A stretch of DNA of 64,000 bases, taken from positions 2,400,001 through 2,464,000 of the forward strand of contig OZ255836.1 of assembly GCA_965277715.1 (NCBI GenBank), written 5' to 3'. A program made the translations under genes and the position numbers. This DNA comes from Gammaproteobacteria bacterium (GTDB taxonomy: Bacteria > Pseudomonadota > Gammaproteobacteria > JBCCGL01). Below are positions 1 through 10,402 of the stretch, piece after piece (within the stretch, counting starts at the first letter, position 1; each line of letters opens with the position of its first letter). Under the pieces are notes generated by a model that saw nothing but the letters and a program-made list of their open reading frames with translations, was not told the origin of the DNA and did not search any database.

Positions 1-819
1 TAGCGTCAGCTTGTAAAAATCATAGAGCGACTGCGAGCGGTGCTCCGGGGAAATAAACTGTGTAATCGTATTGGCGCAGCTTTCAATGGAAGCATCGTAT
101 TTTTGCCGTGTGCCCTTCCCCTGCAGTACACAAAAATCCTCAAAGCCTAAGCGCCCGTCGTCGTCGGCAATATCAAAGCGCTTGCTGACCAACAACCGCG
201 CATTATCACTCAAGTGAAATTTGGCCACGTTCAAACCGGCGCTTTTGGCAATACTGAGGCAAACAAATTCGTTACACGCTAGGTGGGGATATTCCGGCCC
301 CCAGCTTTTAACCAAATAGTGTTGCGTCGGCAGGCTGATATGGGTTTTCAGTTCCAGTAAAATCTTGGGTTGCACACCGGCCACTCCGGAGTTTTTCGCG
401 TATTGTGCCAACAATGTATCGAATAAATTGGCATCCAGCTCAGACAACAGCCCGCCCAGCGTTAGCGGGGCCACACTGCGGGCATCCAGACCCTGCCCTG
501 TCAACGTATAGGCCAACCGACCGATTTGGTGCGCCCCTAAAATAGCCAGCAAAGACAAGTCATCACTACCGTAACGCTTGGTGGTCATCCGTTCCAGCGC
601 CTCCCGCAACGCGCCTTCTGGCAGGTTCATTTGAAATACGGGGTGTAAATCATCATAGGTATAACTTTCAACACGCAGCGGCATGGTCAGAGACAAAGCC
701 TCATTTGCCTGATGTTGATAACTCAAAATGTGCCGACCGGCTTCCCGGCTTAATCGGCTATTTAAAGCATATTCCTGCTGCTTTGGCCCCTGCCTGAGGT
801 ATACGTCTAAAGTGGACAT
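1..819 (-). CDS. hipA: HipA-family toxin kinase (runs off window edge)
   Basis: Own translation from ATG at 819: MSTLDVYL...LSLTMPLR...LHPVFQMNLPEGALRE...SGVAGVQPK...YLVKSWG...NEFVCL...SKRFDI...EDFC, i.e. HipA N-terminal and kinase motifs; directly downstream of an HTH gene. Confidence 0.9.
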   Translation of the reverse strand, partial: MSTLDVYLRQGPKQQEYALNSRLSREAGRHILSYQHQANEALSLTMPLRVESYTYDDLHPVFQMNLPEGALREALERMTTKRYGSDDLSLLAILGAHQIGRLAYTLTGQGLDARSVAPLTLGGLLSELDANLFDTLLAQYAKNSGVAGVQPKILLELKTHISLPTQHYLVKSWGPEYPHLACNEFVCLSIAKSAGLNVAKFHLSDNARLLVSKRFDIADDDGRLGFEDFCVLQGKGTRQKYDASIESCANTITQFISPEHRSQSLYDFYKLTL

Positions 820-827
820 AGCGGGGG

Positions 828-1061
828 CTAACGCTGTTCCCGCAAGTCATCCAATGTCGGCAGCCCGGCGTTTACAACCGTCAGGCGCTTACCCAGCAGG
901 GATAAAATGCGCTCCACCTTGCGAATACCGATATCGGCATAGTCATTCCGTTCCAGAGCGCCAACCGTGGTGCGATCCAAGTTGGCAAACCCGGCAAGCT
1001 GCCGCTGCGTCCAGCCCTTTTGTTTACGCAGCTGTCTTACGGTTTCACTGATATTTTGCAT
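828..1061 (-). CDS. hipB: XRE/HTH antitoxin (HipB-like)
   Basis: 77 aa cro/C1 HTH (VRQLRKQKGWTQRQLA...TVGALE), 8 bp upstream of hipA. Confidence 0.85.
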   Translation of the reverse strand: MQNISETVRQLRKQKGWTQRQLAGFANLDRTTVGALERNDYADIGIRKVERILSLLGKRLTVVNAGLPTLDDLREQR

Positions 1062-1098
1062 AAAAAGATAGATATATTCATCTAAAATAAATACTCAG

Positions 1099-1240
1099 GA
1101 GTCTATCGGGTTTAGGCGCTCGTAGCGAGGGAAAGACTGGTTCGAGTCATTTTTTACGCACTATTGAGGAGAATAGTGGTTCTATTTGCGGACATTGCTC
1201 CGCAATAATACGGGTGAAAATAACTCGGACTTTGGCCCAT
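1099..1240. repeat. Degenerate MITE-like repeat (end GAGTCTATCGGGTTTAGGCGCTC)
   Basis: 23-bp end matches 3022-3044 in inverted orientation (2 mismatches); related end near 31335; shares CGTAGCGAGGG with the repeat at 2332; internal hairpin GAATAG-TGGTT-CTATTT. Confidence 0.5.
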
Positions 1241-1351
1241 CGTGGCAAATTTTCATATCTTACCCATGCTTTATTCTCTTTAACGCAAATGGCACTATCT
1301 GCATGGTTTGAGTAGCTGGTACATATTTGACCCATCGCGTACTATCGCACC

Positions 1352-2269
1352 ATGCAAATCGCCAACCCAATCTACGATGTCGTCTTCAAGTACCTGATGG
1401 CCGACGAGCGCGCCGCCAAGCTGATTATTGGTGAAATCATCGGTATGGACGTCACCGACATTGCCCTGCAACCGCAAGAGCACCTGGCCAACCTGCCTGA
1501 AAAAAACCTCACCGTCTACCGGCTCGATTTTTCTGCCAGGGTTAAAACCCGCGATGGACAGTTCAAACAAGTCATTATTGAAATCCAGAAAGCCAAATAC
1601 ACCAGCGATATTATGCGTTTCCGGCGCTACCTGGGGCAGCAGTACAGCGATGAAAAAAATGTCCACGCGACTGTTTCGGCCACGGGGCACAGCACATATC
1701 AGGCGCTGCCGATTATTACCATCTACTTTTTGGGCCATACGCTCAACCACTGCACAGCATCCGTTATCAAAGTAGGCCGAATCTATACCGATGCCATTAC
1801 CGGCGAAACACTGGTCGACAAAGAAGCCTTTATCGAAAGCCTGACCCACGACAGCTATGTGGTACAAATTCCCTACCTGAAAGCCCAACGCCGCAACGAC
1901 CTGGAGAAACTACTGGAAATATTCGACCAGGACCTACAGGTGGAGAACAGACACAGGCTGGTGATTGATGAGACGCTGTTTCCAAAGAAATACCACGTAT
2001 TGATTAGGCGTCTGCAGGCGGCGATTAGCGAACCAGAGATAATTGACACCATGCAAATAGAAGACGAGATATTGCTGGAACTGCAAAACAAGGAACGCGA
2101 GATCGAGGCAAAAGAACAACTGGTTGAAGAACAAAGCAAAGCCCTTGAGGAGAAAGACCAGGCACTTGAGAGGAAAGACCAGATCGTCAGGGAACAAGGG
2201 GAAGCACTTGAAGAAAAAGACAAATTAATCGACGAACTAAAAAGCCAACTCAACCGATTATCTGAATAA
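1352..2269 (+). CDS. PD-(D/E)XK nuclease family (Rpn/transposase-like) protein with C-terminal coiled-coil repeats
   Basis: IANPIYDVVFKYLM...RLDF...IIEIQK motifs; C-terminal heptads (EEKDQAL, ERKDQIV). Confidence 0.8.
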   Translation: MQIANPIYDVVFKYLMADERAAKLIIGEIIGMDVTDIALQPQEHLANLPEKNLTVYRLDFSARVKTRDGQFKQVIIEIQKAKYTSDIMRFRRYLGQQYSDEKNVHATVSATGHSTYQALPIITIYFLGHTLNHCTASVIKVGRIYTDAITGETLVDKEAFIESLTHDSYVVQIPYLKAQRRNDLEKLLEIFDQDLQVENRHRLVIDETLFPKKYHVLIRRLQAAISEPEIIDTMQIEDEILLELQNKEREIEAKEQLVEEQSKALEEKDQALERKDQIVREQGEALEEKDKLIDELKSQLNRLSE

Positions 2270-2311
2270 ATTGCAGAGAAAAAGCAAGCAAATATCATCT
2301 TGAGCGTTTAA

Positions 2312-2375
2312 CCTAAATTCCGCAGTTGAATCGTAGCGAGGGCGTCTAAGGTGCTGAAGATGAAGTGTTTTTACC
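2312..2375 (+). repeat. Left inverted repeat (CCTAAATTCCGCAGTTGAATC...)
   Basis: 2310-2332 is the exact reverse complement of 11804-11826; similarity extends about 65 bp; preceded by TTAA. Confidence 0.75.
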
Positions 2376-2411
2376 AGAGTTTTAGCAATCCTGATTGGTG
2401 ATGAGCAATTT

Positions 2412-2754
2412 TTACACTCCTCCAGGTGCGCCAAGGGCTTGTGCAGACTTTCGTGAGGCAACTGCGTTTTCTAGAATGATACAGGGTTGACCGGCAGCAG
2501 CGCGAAACACATGTGCAACAGGAATCTCGCGCCCGCGCATCATCGCGCTGTCAGGCGGCGCCCAGCGGCGAAACAAATAAGGATAGTCACATTGGTGTAG
2601 CAATAGACAAGTCTGGCACTCGGTTTGCGGTGCAACGCATACGCGCTCACACAGCGCACGCGCAAACACGCTGTACCACAAAACCCCAGGAAATACAGGG
2701 TATTCGATGGGGTCCAGCGAAGCGGAATCGGTACTCGGCTAAAGTAAGGTGCAT
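2412..2754 (-). pseudogene. cas6: cas6 remnant (frameshifted, 3'-truncated)
   Basis: ATG at 2754 (MHLTLAEYRFRF), then a frame change into PVFPGVLWYSVFARALCERVC..C..CLL..QCDYPYLF, the Cys-rich N-terminus of type III-associated Cas6; breaks off near the left repeat. Confidence 0.7.
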
Positions 2755-3165
2755 GTTTTGATGGTATACATAAAGCTGGTATGGGTCGGCAATAAAAAAA
2801 TAAGACAAAAATAAAATTTAAGCTATAGTTATATAGTTATAGGTAAAATTACATTATTGGTATCTACTAACTAGATCTAAAAATACCCTTATTGCCAATA
2901 CGTTACGGGCTATTGTCAAAATTTATAAAAAATTTAATGCCTGGTGAGAAAGTTATGCTGTGGCTGCGTTAACACAGAAAAATATATTCATCACCTTATT
3001 AGCAATAATAAATGTCTTACTGAGCGCCTAAACCCGACAGGCTCATAGCCCCAAGATGCATCATTGTTGAAATAGGAAAATAATTGAACGAAATAAATGC
3101 GGTAATATGGTCATTCACTAAAAATCATTCGCAATACTAACAACAGATTTTAAAAGGAGATTGCC

Positions 3166-4455
3166 GTGCAAAAAATATCGGCCACCTACGAAATAGTTAC
3201 ACCTATGTTTATAGGCGATGCCAATCAGGAAGCGACAGGTATTTCTGCCGCTGCCGTTAAGGGTGCGCTGCGGTTTTGGTGGCGTGCTTTGAATTGGGGG
3301 AGCATTAGGAATAACTGTAACTCAGATGAAGAAGCCCTTTGTAAGCTGCACAAACGAGAGGGAGTGCTTTTTGGTAGAAGCTCGAAAATACCAGAAGAGA
3401 ATGGAAAGGAGATAGGTGGGCAGGGGAAGTTCATACTCAGAGTAAAGAGTCAGAATCAAAAGGGTTATATTGAATTAAGCACAGAGAAACTAAATAGTCA
3501 CTTTCCCCTAAGTAAAACACCCTGGATAACTTACCTTCTCGGCATGGGACTAATGGAATATAACAAGAAAGATAGAGACAACCGCTATACCAGAAGCGCC
3601 CTTTCACCAGAGAAAGAGAGTGGTTTATCAGAATTCACGGTTGAGCTGATTGGAAAAGAATTGGATTCTCTCAAACCCGCACTCGAAGCATGGGGCATGC
3701 TGGGCGGGCTTGGCAGCCGTAATAGACATGGACTCGGCTCAGTCACCTTAAAAAAACTGGACGGTGTAGACGCACCCAATACTAGAGAGCAATATATAGG
3801 TAAACTTAAAAAAATAGTCTCTGAAACAAAAAAAACAATTAAAGACCCTCCCTTTACTGCATTTAGCGGAGGTATGAGGCTAAGTGTCTCACCTACAGAA
3901 GGTCGCGACTGGTTATCGTTAAACAACCTGGCTAAAATTATGCAGTTGTACAGAGGCTGGGGGTATAAAGGAAATAATACAATCCATAAAATTAATAATA
4001 CTAAAGTTGATCCAGATGCTCATACTCTAAAAAATAGCGATCACTGTTTATTGATGCGCATGGAGCGCAGCCCTCACTCTGTGTCTTCGCTACCAGCAAG
4101 TGCTGTTTTTGGCTTGCCTAGAAGCTATGTAATCTCTTCACGTAGCGCGAAAATAAAACTGGAACCTTCTGCACGCACCTCCAAAGGAAAAGAGGATACA
4201 ACCAACAAACGCTCTCGTAGAGCCTCACCATTATTTATTCATGCACACAAATTGGGAGATGGAAGTTTCGTTGTAACGCAATTATTTCTGCCATCTCTGT
4301 TTTTGCCCACAGGCGATGAAGTGAAACTAGAACATGAAATAAACAAGCACTTCATTAATAAAGCTACTCTATCGCCTCTTGATTCTACGCAATGGCAAGT
4401 CATTACAGAATATTTAGATCTTAACGATTTCAATGCGTGGGATAACGTTATATGA
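3166..4455 (+). CDS. cmr1: Type III-B CRISPR RAMP Cmr1
   Basis: YEIVTPMFIG, VKGALRFWWRA, GGLGSRNRHGLG G-rich loop, RRASPL. Confidence 0.92.
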   Translation: MQKISATYEIVTPMFIGDANQEATGISAAAVKGALRFWWRALNWGSIRNNCNSDEEALCKLHKREGVLFGRSSKIPEENGKEIGGQGKFILRVKSQNQKGYIELSTEKLNSHFPLSKTPWITYLLGMGLMEYNKKDRDNRYTRSALSPEKESGLSEFTVELIGKELDSLKPALEAWGMLGGLGSRNRHGLGSVTLKKLDGVDAPNTREQYIGKLKKIVSETKKTIKDPPFTAFSGGMRLSVSPTEGRDWLSLNNLAKIMQLYRGWGYKGNNTIHKINNTKVDPDAHTLKNSDHCLLMRMERSPHSVSSLPASAVFGLPRSYVISSRSAKIKLEPSARTSKGKEDTTNKRSRRASPLFIHAHKLGDGSFVVTQLFLPSLFLPTGDEVKLEHEINKHFINKATLSPLDSTQWQVITEYLDLNDFNAWDNVI

Positions 4456-6422
4456 ATAATGAAGCGTATTTCCACTTCACCCTAGGCCCCGTCCAAAGCT
4501 TCATATCCCAGGCGCGTCGCGCACGCGATTTTTGGGCCGGTTCATTCTTACTTTCCTGGCTGTCCGGCGTCGCTATGCAGGAAGTCATTGCTCAGAATCA
4601 CGGCAAAATCGACACCATTCTGTATCCATTGGCAAACCAGAATTTCCTCGATTACTTACAAGGCAAAGACCAGGGCGAAAAGCCCCAACAGGGTTGCATT
4701 CCCAATCGATTTAAAGCCCGCGTCGGACAGGGTTTTCGTCCTGAGGCGGTCGCCGATGCAGTCAATACCGCCTGGCACGGACTCGCAGAAAAAATCTTTA
4801 GTGAAGATATCGCCAACATATCTGTGGAAAATATAAAGCGCTCGAAAAAAATATGGGATAGACAGGTTGAGCATTTTTGGGAGGTCAATTGGGCGATAAC
4901 CGCTTCACCCGAAGGTGACGACCCTTTGAGTCAGCGCAAATATTGGCGCTCACACTACCCCTCAGCAGAAGGTGGGGTGAAATGCATGATGATCGATGGC
5001 TTACAGGAACTCTCCGGGGAGCCACGTCCGATAAAGGAACGCCAAGACAAATTCTGGAACGCCGTTTTGCAAAACGGTAAGCCAGGCATAAAAACCGATA
5101 TACGCACCGGGGAACGTTTGTGCGCCATCGCGTTTATCAAGCGGCGGTTTTCCCGATGCTGTCACTTTCAAAAGCTGGAAGTGCCCATGTCTATATCGAT
5201 GCAATCCAGTTGGTCCTTGCAAGGGTGGGAACTGGATTCGCCTCGACCTTCTGTCTCGTATATGGCAGCGGTGCATTGGCTAGAGCATCTTGTCGAGCAG
5301 GCCGGTAAAAGTAGTGACATCGCAAACTTGCTTACCGATTTTTACAATGCTACCGGCAAGCTGACCAATCAACATAACGAATACGACAATAACATTCACT
5401 GTATTCAGACAGCGCTGGAAAAGAATCCACATATCGACGAAGAATGGTTCGCACGAGACGGTAATATGTTTTTTTCCAGCACGCTGGAAAGCGACTATGT
5501 ACTCGATGATACAAAACAAAATCACGCCATAGCCGCCAGCGAGAAACTGAGGGTATTGCAGCGCAAACTTAACCGCAAAGCCAGCCCGTTTTACGCTGTG
5601 CTGGTAATGGACGGTGATAACCTTGGCGTGCAGCTACGCGATAGCCATAACGCCCAAATTATCGCAAAGGCGCTGGATACATTCACCCAGAACGTACAAA
5701 AAGTAGTAAAGGCATCCAATGGATTTTTAATCTACGCGGGTGGCGACGATGTGCTGGCTATTCTCCCTCTGGAGGATGCCATTCCCTGTGCGTTAGAGCT
5801 GCGAAAGTGTTATATGGGTGCCTTCGATGCCACATCATTAAGCCAGAAGCAATCAATTTCCGCTGCGATCTGCTACCCCTATATCAAAACCCCTCTAACC
5901 AGTGCACTCGCGCAGGCACACACACTTTTGGATGACATCGCCAAGGAGCGCACCGGGCGTAACGCCATCGCTATACAAGTCATCAAGCCAGGCGGTAAGG
6001 GCCCATGCTGGTCGATGCCCTGGCAACGCGCAGTGACCGAAGCGAACGATACACTCGTGTTGGATGCGCTCGCTCAAGATCTCGCCAGCAACGACATTGA
6101 ACGCCGACAATTCAGTGGACGTTTTTTGCACAAGCTCAGTACGTACTTTAACGTACTCACCTCGGAGGATGACGGCAAAGAAGCGTTTACCAGGGAATCC
6201 ATCAACAATTTATTAATCGCTGAATATCTGTCATCCGGTGCTTGCGAACATATCCCCAAGGCAGACAGGCAAACACACGCCAAAAAAGTGGTGGCCCACC
6301 TACTCACGCAGTGCTACCCGATGCGTTCCAAACCAAATGGCGGGGGCTTTGAAGCGGCGGGGCCGCCTTCATCTGACGCCGCGCTGCTGCTGCGTTTTCT
6401 CGCCCAAAAAGGAGTCGAATAA
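4452..6422 (+). CDS. cmr2: Cas10/Cmr2 (no HD domain, intact palm GGDD)
   Basis: FTLGPVQSFISQARRARDFWAGS N-terminus, YAVLVMDGDNLG, IYAGGDDVLA. Confidence 0.95.
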   Translation: MNNEAYFHFTLGPVQSFISQARRARDFWAGSFLLSWLSGVAMQEVIAQNHGKIDTILYPLANQNFLDYLQGKDQGEKPQQGCIPNRFKARVGQGFRPEAVADAVNTAWHGLAEKIFSEDIANISVENIKRSKKIWDRQVEHFWEVNWAITASPEGDDPLSQRKYWRSHYPSAEGGVKCMMIDGLQELSGEPRPIKERQDKFWNAVLQNGKPGIKTDIRTGERLCAIAFIKRRFSRCCHFQKLEVPMSISMQSSWSLQGWELDSPRPSVSYMAAVHWLEHLVEQAGKSSDIANLLTDFYNATGKLTNQHNEYDNNIHCIQTALEKNPHIDEEWFARDGNMFFSSTLESDYVLDDTKQNHAIAASEKLRVLQRKLNRKASPFYAVLVMDGDNLGVQLRDSHNAQIIAKALDTFTQNVQKVVKASNGFLIYAGGDDVLAILPLEDAIPCALELRKCYMGAFDATSLSQKQSISAAICYPYIKTPLTSALAQAHTLLDDIAKERTGRNAIAIQVIKPGGKGPCWSMPWQRAVTEANDTLVLDALAQDLASNDIERRQFSGRFLHKLSTYFNVLTSEDDGKEAFTRESINNLLIAEYLSSGACEHIPKADRQTHAKKVVAHLLTQCYPMRSKPNGGGFEAAGPPSSDAALLLRFLAQKGVE

Positions 6423-7609
6423 TGGCATTCACCTGTCGCTTTACCCCTATCGATACCTGGTTTTTTAAAGAATCACGACCAATGGAAAGTATCGGCGACG
6501 CCGAGCTTAGCAGTGTTTTTCCGCCACCTGCGCGTACTTTGATCGGTGCAATTCGCGCCGCTATCGGTGCGCATAACGGTATCGACTGGCACGACAAAAA
6601 ACACAAACTTATCGACCAAATTGGCGACAACCTGTCATTTGGGCAAATTCGCCTGGAAGGGCCATGGGTCAACTATCCAGGTGACAACAAACGCCCGCCG
6701 CAACGTCTGTTCGCCGCACCTTACAACCTGCTCCGCCATACACCGGAGGGCTCTGTCTCCCGCCTGACTATCGGCACGCCAGTACACTGTGACCTTGGCA
6801 AGGTACGTTTGCCTCGCGCACCAAGCGGCGCTAAGCCCGTACGTGAACGCTGGATTACTCAAGAGGGATTGCAAACTGTATTGAATGGCAATACCCCGCG
6901 ATCAGAGGATCTTATCGACTGCACCCACCTCTATCACCAAGAATCACGGCTAGGCATAGCGCGTGACAATTACAAACGCACCGTCGAGCGCAACCTGCTC
7001 TACCAAACCCGTCATTTGCGCCTCAAGCCCAGTGTTTCGATTGATCTCGATATTAACGGCATCGATCAGTCCCTATTGCCTGACTCTGAAAACAGGCTGC
7101 TACGGCTGGGAGGAGAAGGCCGCATGGCAGCCTACGAATGCCCAAACACAACGAACGCACGCCTCAGCTCACCCACCCCACCTAACGATGCAAAAGGTGT
7201 AATCCTGGTGTTGCTCAGCAACGCTAATGCTCCTGTCGATGGCAATACGCCCACGCCACTACCCGGCTTCACATGCACCAAAGAAAACCACTGTACCGTT
7301 TGGCGCGGTTCGATAAACGGTGTGGAACTAACCCTGCATACCGCCGCTTGTGCCCACTCAGTACGCGAGGGTGGCTGGGATCTCGTCGAAAACGCCCCCC
7401 GGCCCGCAGAGAGTCTTATCCCTGCGGGCAGTGTGTTTTACTGCACTGTCGATAACGGCGATATCCCCTACGCTATAAAAAAACTGCATAACGCTCAATT
7501 ACTGGACAGTGATGCCTCTACTCCCACTGATGCCACCAACCTCACCCTGGGTCGCGGCTTACTGGCCGCTGGCATTTGGCCCGCTAACGAATTTACCGAA
7601 GGAGACTAA
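6422..7609 (+). CDS. cmr3: Type III-B Cmr3 (Cas5-like)
   Basis: PIDTWFFKESRP, FPPPARTLIGAIR, RLGGEGR, GGWD, PAGSV. Confidence 0.92.
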   Translation: MAFTCRFTPIDTWFFKESRPMESIGDAELSSVFPPPARTLIGAIRAAIGAHNGIDWHDKKHKLIDQIGDNLSFGQIRLEGPWVNYPGDNKRPPQRLFAAPYNLLRHTPEGSVSRLTIGTPVHCDLGKVRLPRAPSGAKPVRERWITQEGLQTVLNGNTPRSEDLIDCTHLYHQESRLGIARDNYKRTVERNLLYQTRHLRLKPSVSIDLDINGIDQSLLPDSENRLLRLGGEGRMAAYECPNTTNARLSSPTPPNDAKGVILVLLSNANAPVDGNTPTPLPGFTCTKENHCTVWRGSINGVELTLHTAACAHSVREGGWDLVENAPRPAESLIPAGSVFYCTVDNGDIPYAIKKLHNAQLLDSDASTPTDATNLTLGRGLLAAGIWPANEFTEGD

Positions 7610-7612
7610 CCC

Positions 7613-8620
7613 ATGTATCAAGCCCGCACCCTGCTGGGACTCCATGCACAAACCTCTATTCACGCCGGTAGCGGCTGGCAAACCGGCGCTATCGACCTGC
7701 CGATTCAACGCGAAGGCCACAATGGCTGGCCATGTGTCTTCGGCTCTTCGGTCAAGGGCGCACTGCGCAATCGCGCCGAACAAGAGAAGATGCAAAATTC
7801 ACTCGCAAATAACGAACTCACCCCTGAAAAAGCCCACCAACAGGCACGGGAAGCGCCAGATATAGTAGCGGTCTTTGGCCCACCGACTAATAGGGCATCC
7901 GACCACGCCGGTGCGCTTATCGTTAGCGATGCGCGCTTATTGTTGTTTCCGGTACGCTCGCTGACCTCACAGTTCAAATGGGTTACCTGCCCCAGCGCAT
8001 TACAGCGTTTTAAAGAGGATCACAAACGCCTATTCGGAAAAGACATCGAACTAAAAATACCAGAGTGTGAAGGGGAGGAACAAGCGATTGCGCACTGTAT
8101 AAACCCTTCCGATCAAACATCAACGAAAAAGGAAAAACTGTTTCTGGAAGAGTATTTATTTAATCTGGAATACACGGACATTGAAAAAACACTCATCGAA
8201 CAATTAGCCGCGCTTATGTGCCAACCAGAAGCTAAAAAGGCACTACGCAGGCAACTGGTTATCATCAGTGATGATAACTTCACCCATCTGGTAAACCATG
8301 CCACCCCGGTAAATGCGCATATCGCCATAGCGTCCGACACCAAAACGGCAAAGGATGGCGCACTGTGGTACGAGGAGACTCTGCCACCAGAAGCACTGCT
8401 TTATACCTGCCTAGCGGCCAGCAATGCCCGTACCCCAAAATCGCAAAACACAGAAAACACTGTAAGCCAGTCCGCCCAATGCATTATGAACACAGTCCTT
8501 GGCTGGTTTGGCGATGGTAAGCATTGGCTTCAAATTGGCGCTAATGAAACTGTTGGCATGGGGTGGTGTGCAGTGCAGCCATTACGAGACGTTGCAGACG
8601 ATACAAAGGAGGATGGCTAA
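7613..8620 (+). CDS. cmr4: Type III-B Cmr4 (Cas7 nuclease)
   Basis: HAGSG...IDLPIQRE, GSSVKGALR, DARLLLFPVRS, GALWYEETLP, QIGANETVGMG. Confidence 0.95.
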   Translation: MYQARTLLGLHAQTSIHAGSGWQTGAIDLPIQREGHNGWPCVFGSSVKGALRNRAEQEKMQNSLANNELTPEKAHQQAREAPDIVAVFGPPTNRASDHAGALIVSDARLLLFPVRSLTSQFKWVTCPSALQRFKEDHKRLFGKDIELKIPECEGEEQAIAHCINPSDQTSTKKEKLFLEEYLFNLEYTDIEKTLIEQLAALMCQPEAKKALRRQLVIISDDNFTHLVNHATPVNAHIAIASDTKTAKDGALWYEETLPPEALLYTCLAASNARTPKSQNTENTVSQSAQCIMNTVLGWFGDGKHWLQIGANETVGMGWCAVQPLRDVADDTKEDG

Positions 8621-8621
8621 T

Positions 8622-9029
8622 ATGCAAACCATTCAACAACGACGGGCAAAATACGCGCTAGACCAGGTGCAGAACGCCAAATCAAACAGTGGTATTGATA
8701 ACAAAGAATACAAAAGCTACGCCAATGCGCTACCGGCGATGATACACACTAACGGATTGGGACAAGCCACTGCATTTTACAAGTCAAAGGGAGGCACCCA
8801 TAAAGCACTCTATAATTTACTGTCTGGTTGGTTGTGTAAAGACGCACAAATTTACAGCGAATGCAGTGACCTGATGGAAGGCATTACCGGCGGTAATATG
8901 CGCGATTACCGCCTGGCTCAGGCCGAAGCAGTAGCTTTAATGGACTGGGCAAAGAAATTCGCCAACGCTTATATGAGCGAGCAAGAGCAAGAAGATAAAC
9001 AGGAGAGCGCAGATGTTGCCCCTGTATAG
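8622..9029 (+). CDS. cmr5: Type III-B Cmr5 small subunit
   Basis: MQTIQQRRA..YKSYANALPAMIHTNGLGQA; SD AGGAGG upstream of ATG 8622. Confidence 0.9.
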   Translation: MQTIQQRRAKYALDQVQNAKSNSGIDNKEYKSYANALPAMIHTNGLGQATAFYKSKGGTHKALYNLLSGWLCKDAQIYSECSDLMEGITGGNMRDYRLAQAEAVALMDWAKKFANAYMSEQEQEDKQESADVAPV

Positions 9030-10167
9030 CGAGGCGCAACCCCATGGGCAAGAGCTGGATCGCGATACTTCGGCGAATATGGGGCTGTGGTTTGATCGAT
9101 TCTTTAATGGCTATAACCACAACTTCAGTGAAATTAGCAAACCCACAGATCTCAAAGAGGTAAAAAAACAATGGATCCACACTCTGGATCGACATGCAGG
9201 CAAAGAAGAACAACTAGAGAGTTTTGCTAAAAACCAATGTCGCCTCATTCACTCACTGGGCGGTCTTTGTCAAGAATATCGAACCGAAGGGCGCTTCATT
9301 ACTGGCATGGGCAATTCGCACCCGATAGAAAATGGCCTAAGTTGGCACTTCACCCTGGGCGTGCCCTACCTGCCTGGTTCAGCCGTCAAAGGGTTAGTGC
9401 GAGCTTGGGTTGAGCAATGGCAAGATGAAATCGAAGAGAGTAAAAAACGGCAACTGCTCACATGGTTTGGCAGTGAAGATAAAGAACCAGGCCCTGAGCA
9501 AAACCAACAAGCCGGTGAAATTATTTTTTACGATGCGATTCCCATAAATCCGGTAAAACTGCATATCGACATAATGACGCCACATATGGGGAAATGGTAT
9601 GAAAAAGGCGGTGATATCACGAACGTTGATGATTCACCCGAAGCCGTCCCTGCCGATTGGCACGACCCGGTTCCGATTAAGTTTTTATCGATGGACAAAG
9701 GGGCGGAATTTTTATTTAGCATTGCACCAAGGCAACCTAAGAGTTGGTCGGTAGATTCGTTAACCGAAGTTATACAAGTGCTCAATATGGCATTGGAATG
9801 GCTCGGAGCTGGGGCGAAAACAGCCCTTGGCTATGGGCAAATGGTACAGACTGGGAAAAGCAGTATAGAAGACAAGGTCAAAAACGAAGATGAGAAAGAA
9901 CACACAAGAAAGTTATCGCCCGAAGGGTTGGTTTTACATGGCCTCAAAAAAGAACTGGAGCGAACAAAGAAATTAAACGATGCTAGAGCTAACACTTCGC
10001 TTCGCCAAAGGACATTGGATATTGCATCAAAAGCCAAGAGTTGGCCTCAAGTGCCAGAGAGACAAGAATTAGCCAATCTAATCGTGGAAGTATACGAATT
10101 CATAGGTTGGGGGAAGACTAAAAAAAAGAGAAAAGTACATTGCATAATTAAGGAGTTAAGAAATTAA
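9013..10167 (+). CDS. cmr6: Type III-B Cmr6
   Basis: GMGNSHPIENG, GVPYLPGSAVKG, DIMTPH, DPVPIKFL, GAGAKTALGYG. Confidence 0.93.
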   Translation: MLPLYSEAQPHGQELDRDTSANMGLWFDRFFNGYNHNFSEISKPTDLKEVKKQWIHTLDRHAGKEEQLESFAKNQCRLIHSLGGLCQEYRTEGRFITGMGNSHPIENGLSWHFTLGVPYLPGSAVKGLVRAWVEQWQDEIEESKKRQLLTWFGSEDKEPGPEQNQQAGEIIFYDAIPINPVKLHIDIMTPHMGKWYEKGGDITNVDDSPEAVPADWHDPVPIKFLSMDKGAEFLFSIAPRQPKSWSVDSLTEVIQVLNMALEWLGAGAKTALGYGQMVQTGKSSIEDKVKNEDEKEHTRKLSPEGLVLHGLKKELERTKKLNDARANTSLRQRTLDIASKAKSWPQVPERQELANLIVEVYEFIGWGKTKKKRKVHCIIKELRN

Positions 10168-10402
10168 TTATGCAAACAATATCCTCTTTTTTCAGTACAT
10201 CTGCTTTTGTAATTATAGGATGAATAAGCACACTATTACTGTTAATACGCCCGATAAAACTATTAATAATAATTTCAGGCTTATTACTATTCATTTATAA
10301 AATGGGATTGAGTTACCGGAAAAAAATATAGCGATAAACGTTTACCCGTGACTGCATTTCTTCTTAACGGGACAGCAGTGTTAATAACTACATAATTTTA
10401 TC

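Noticed and set aside
2080-2250. Repetitive DNA in the PD-(D/E)XK gene
   Set aside because: Coding heptad coiled-coil repeats usual for this family
2760-3160. AT-rich stretch before cmr1 as a CRISPR leader or array
   Set aside because: No direct repeats with spacers; more likely a divergent promoter region
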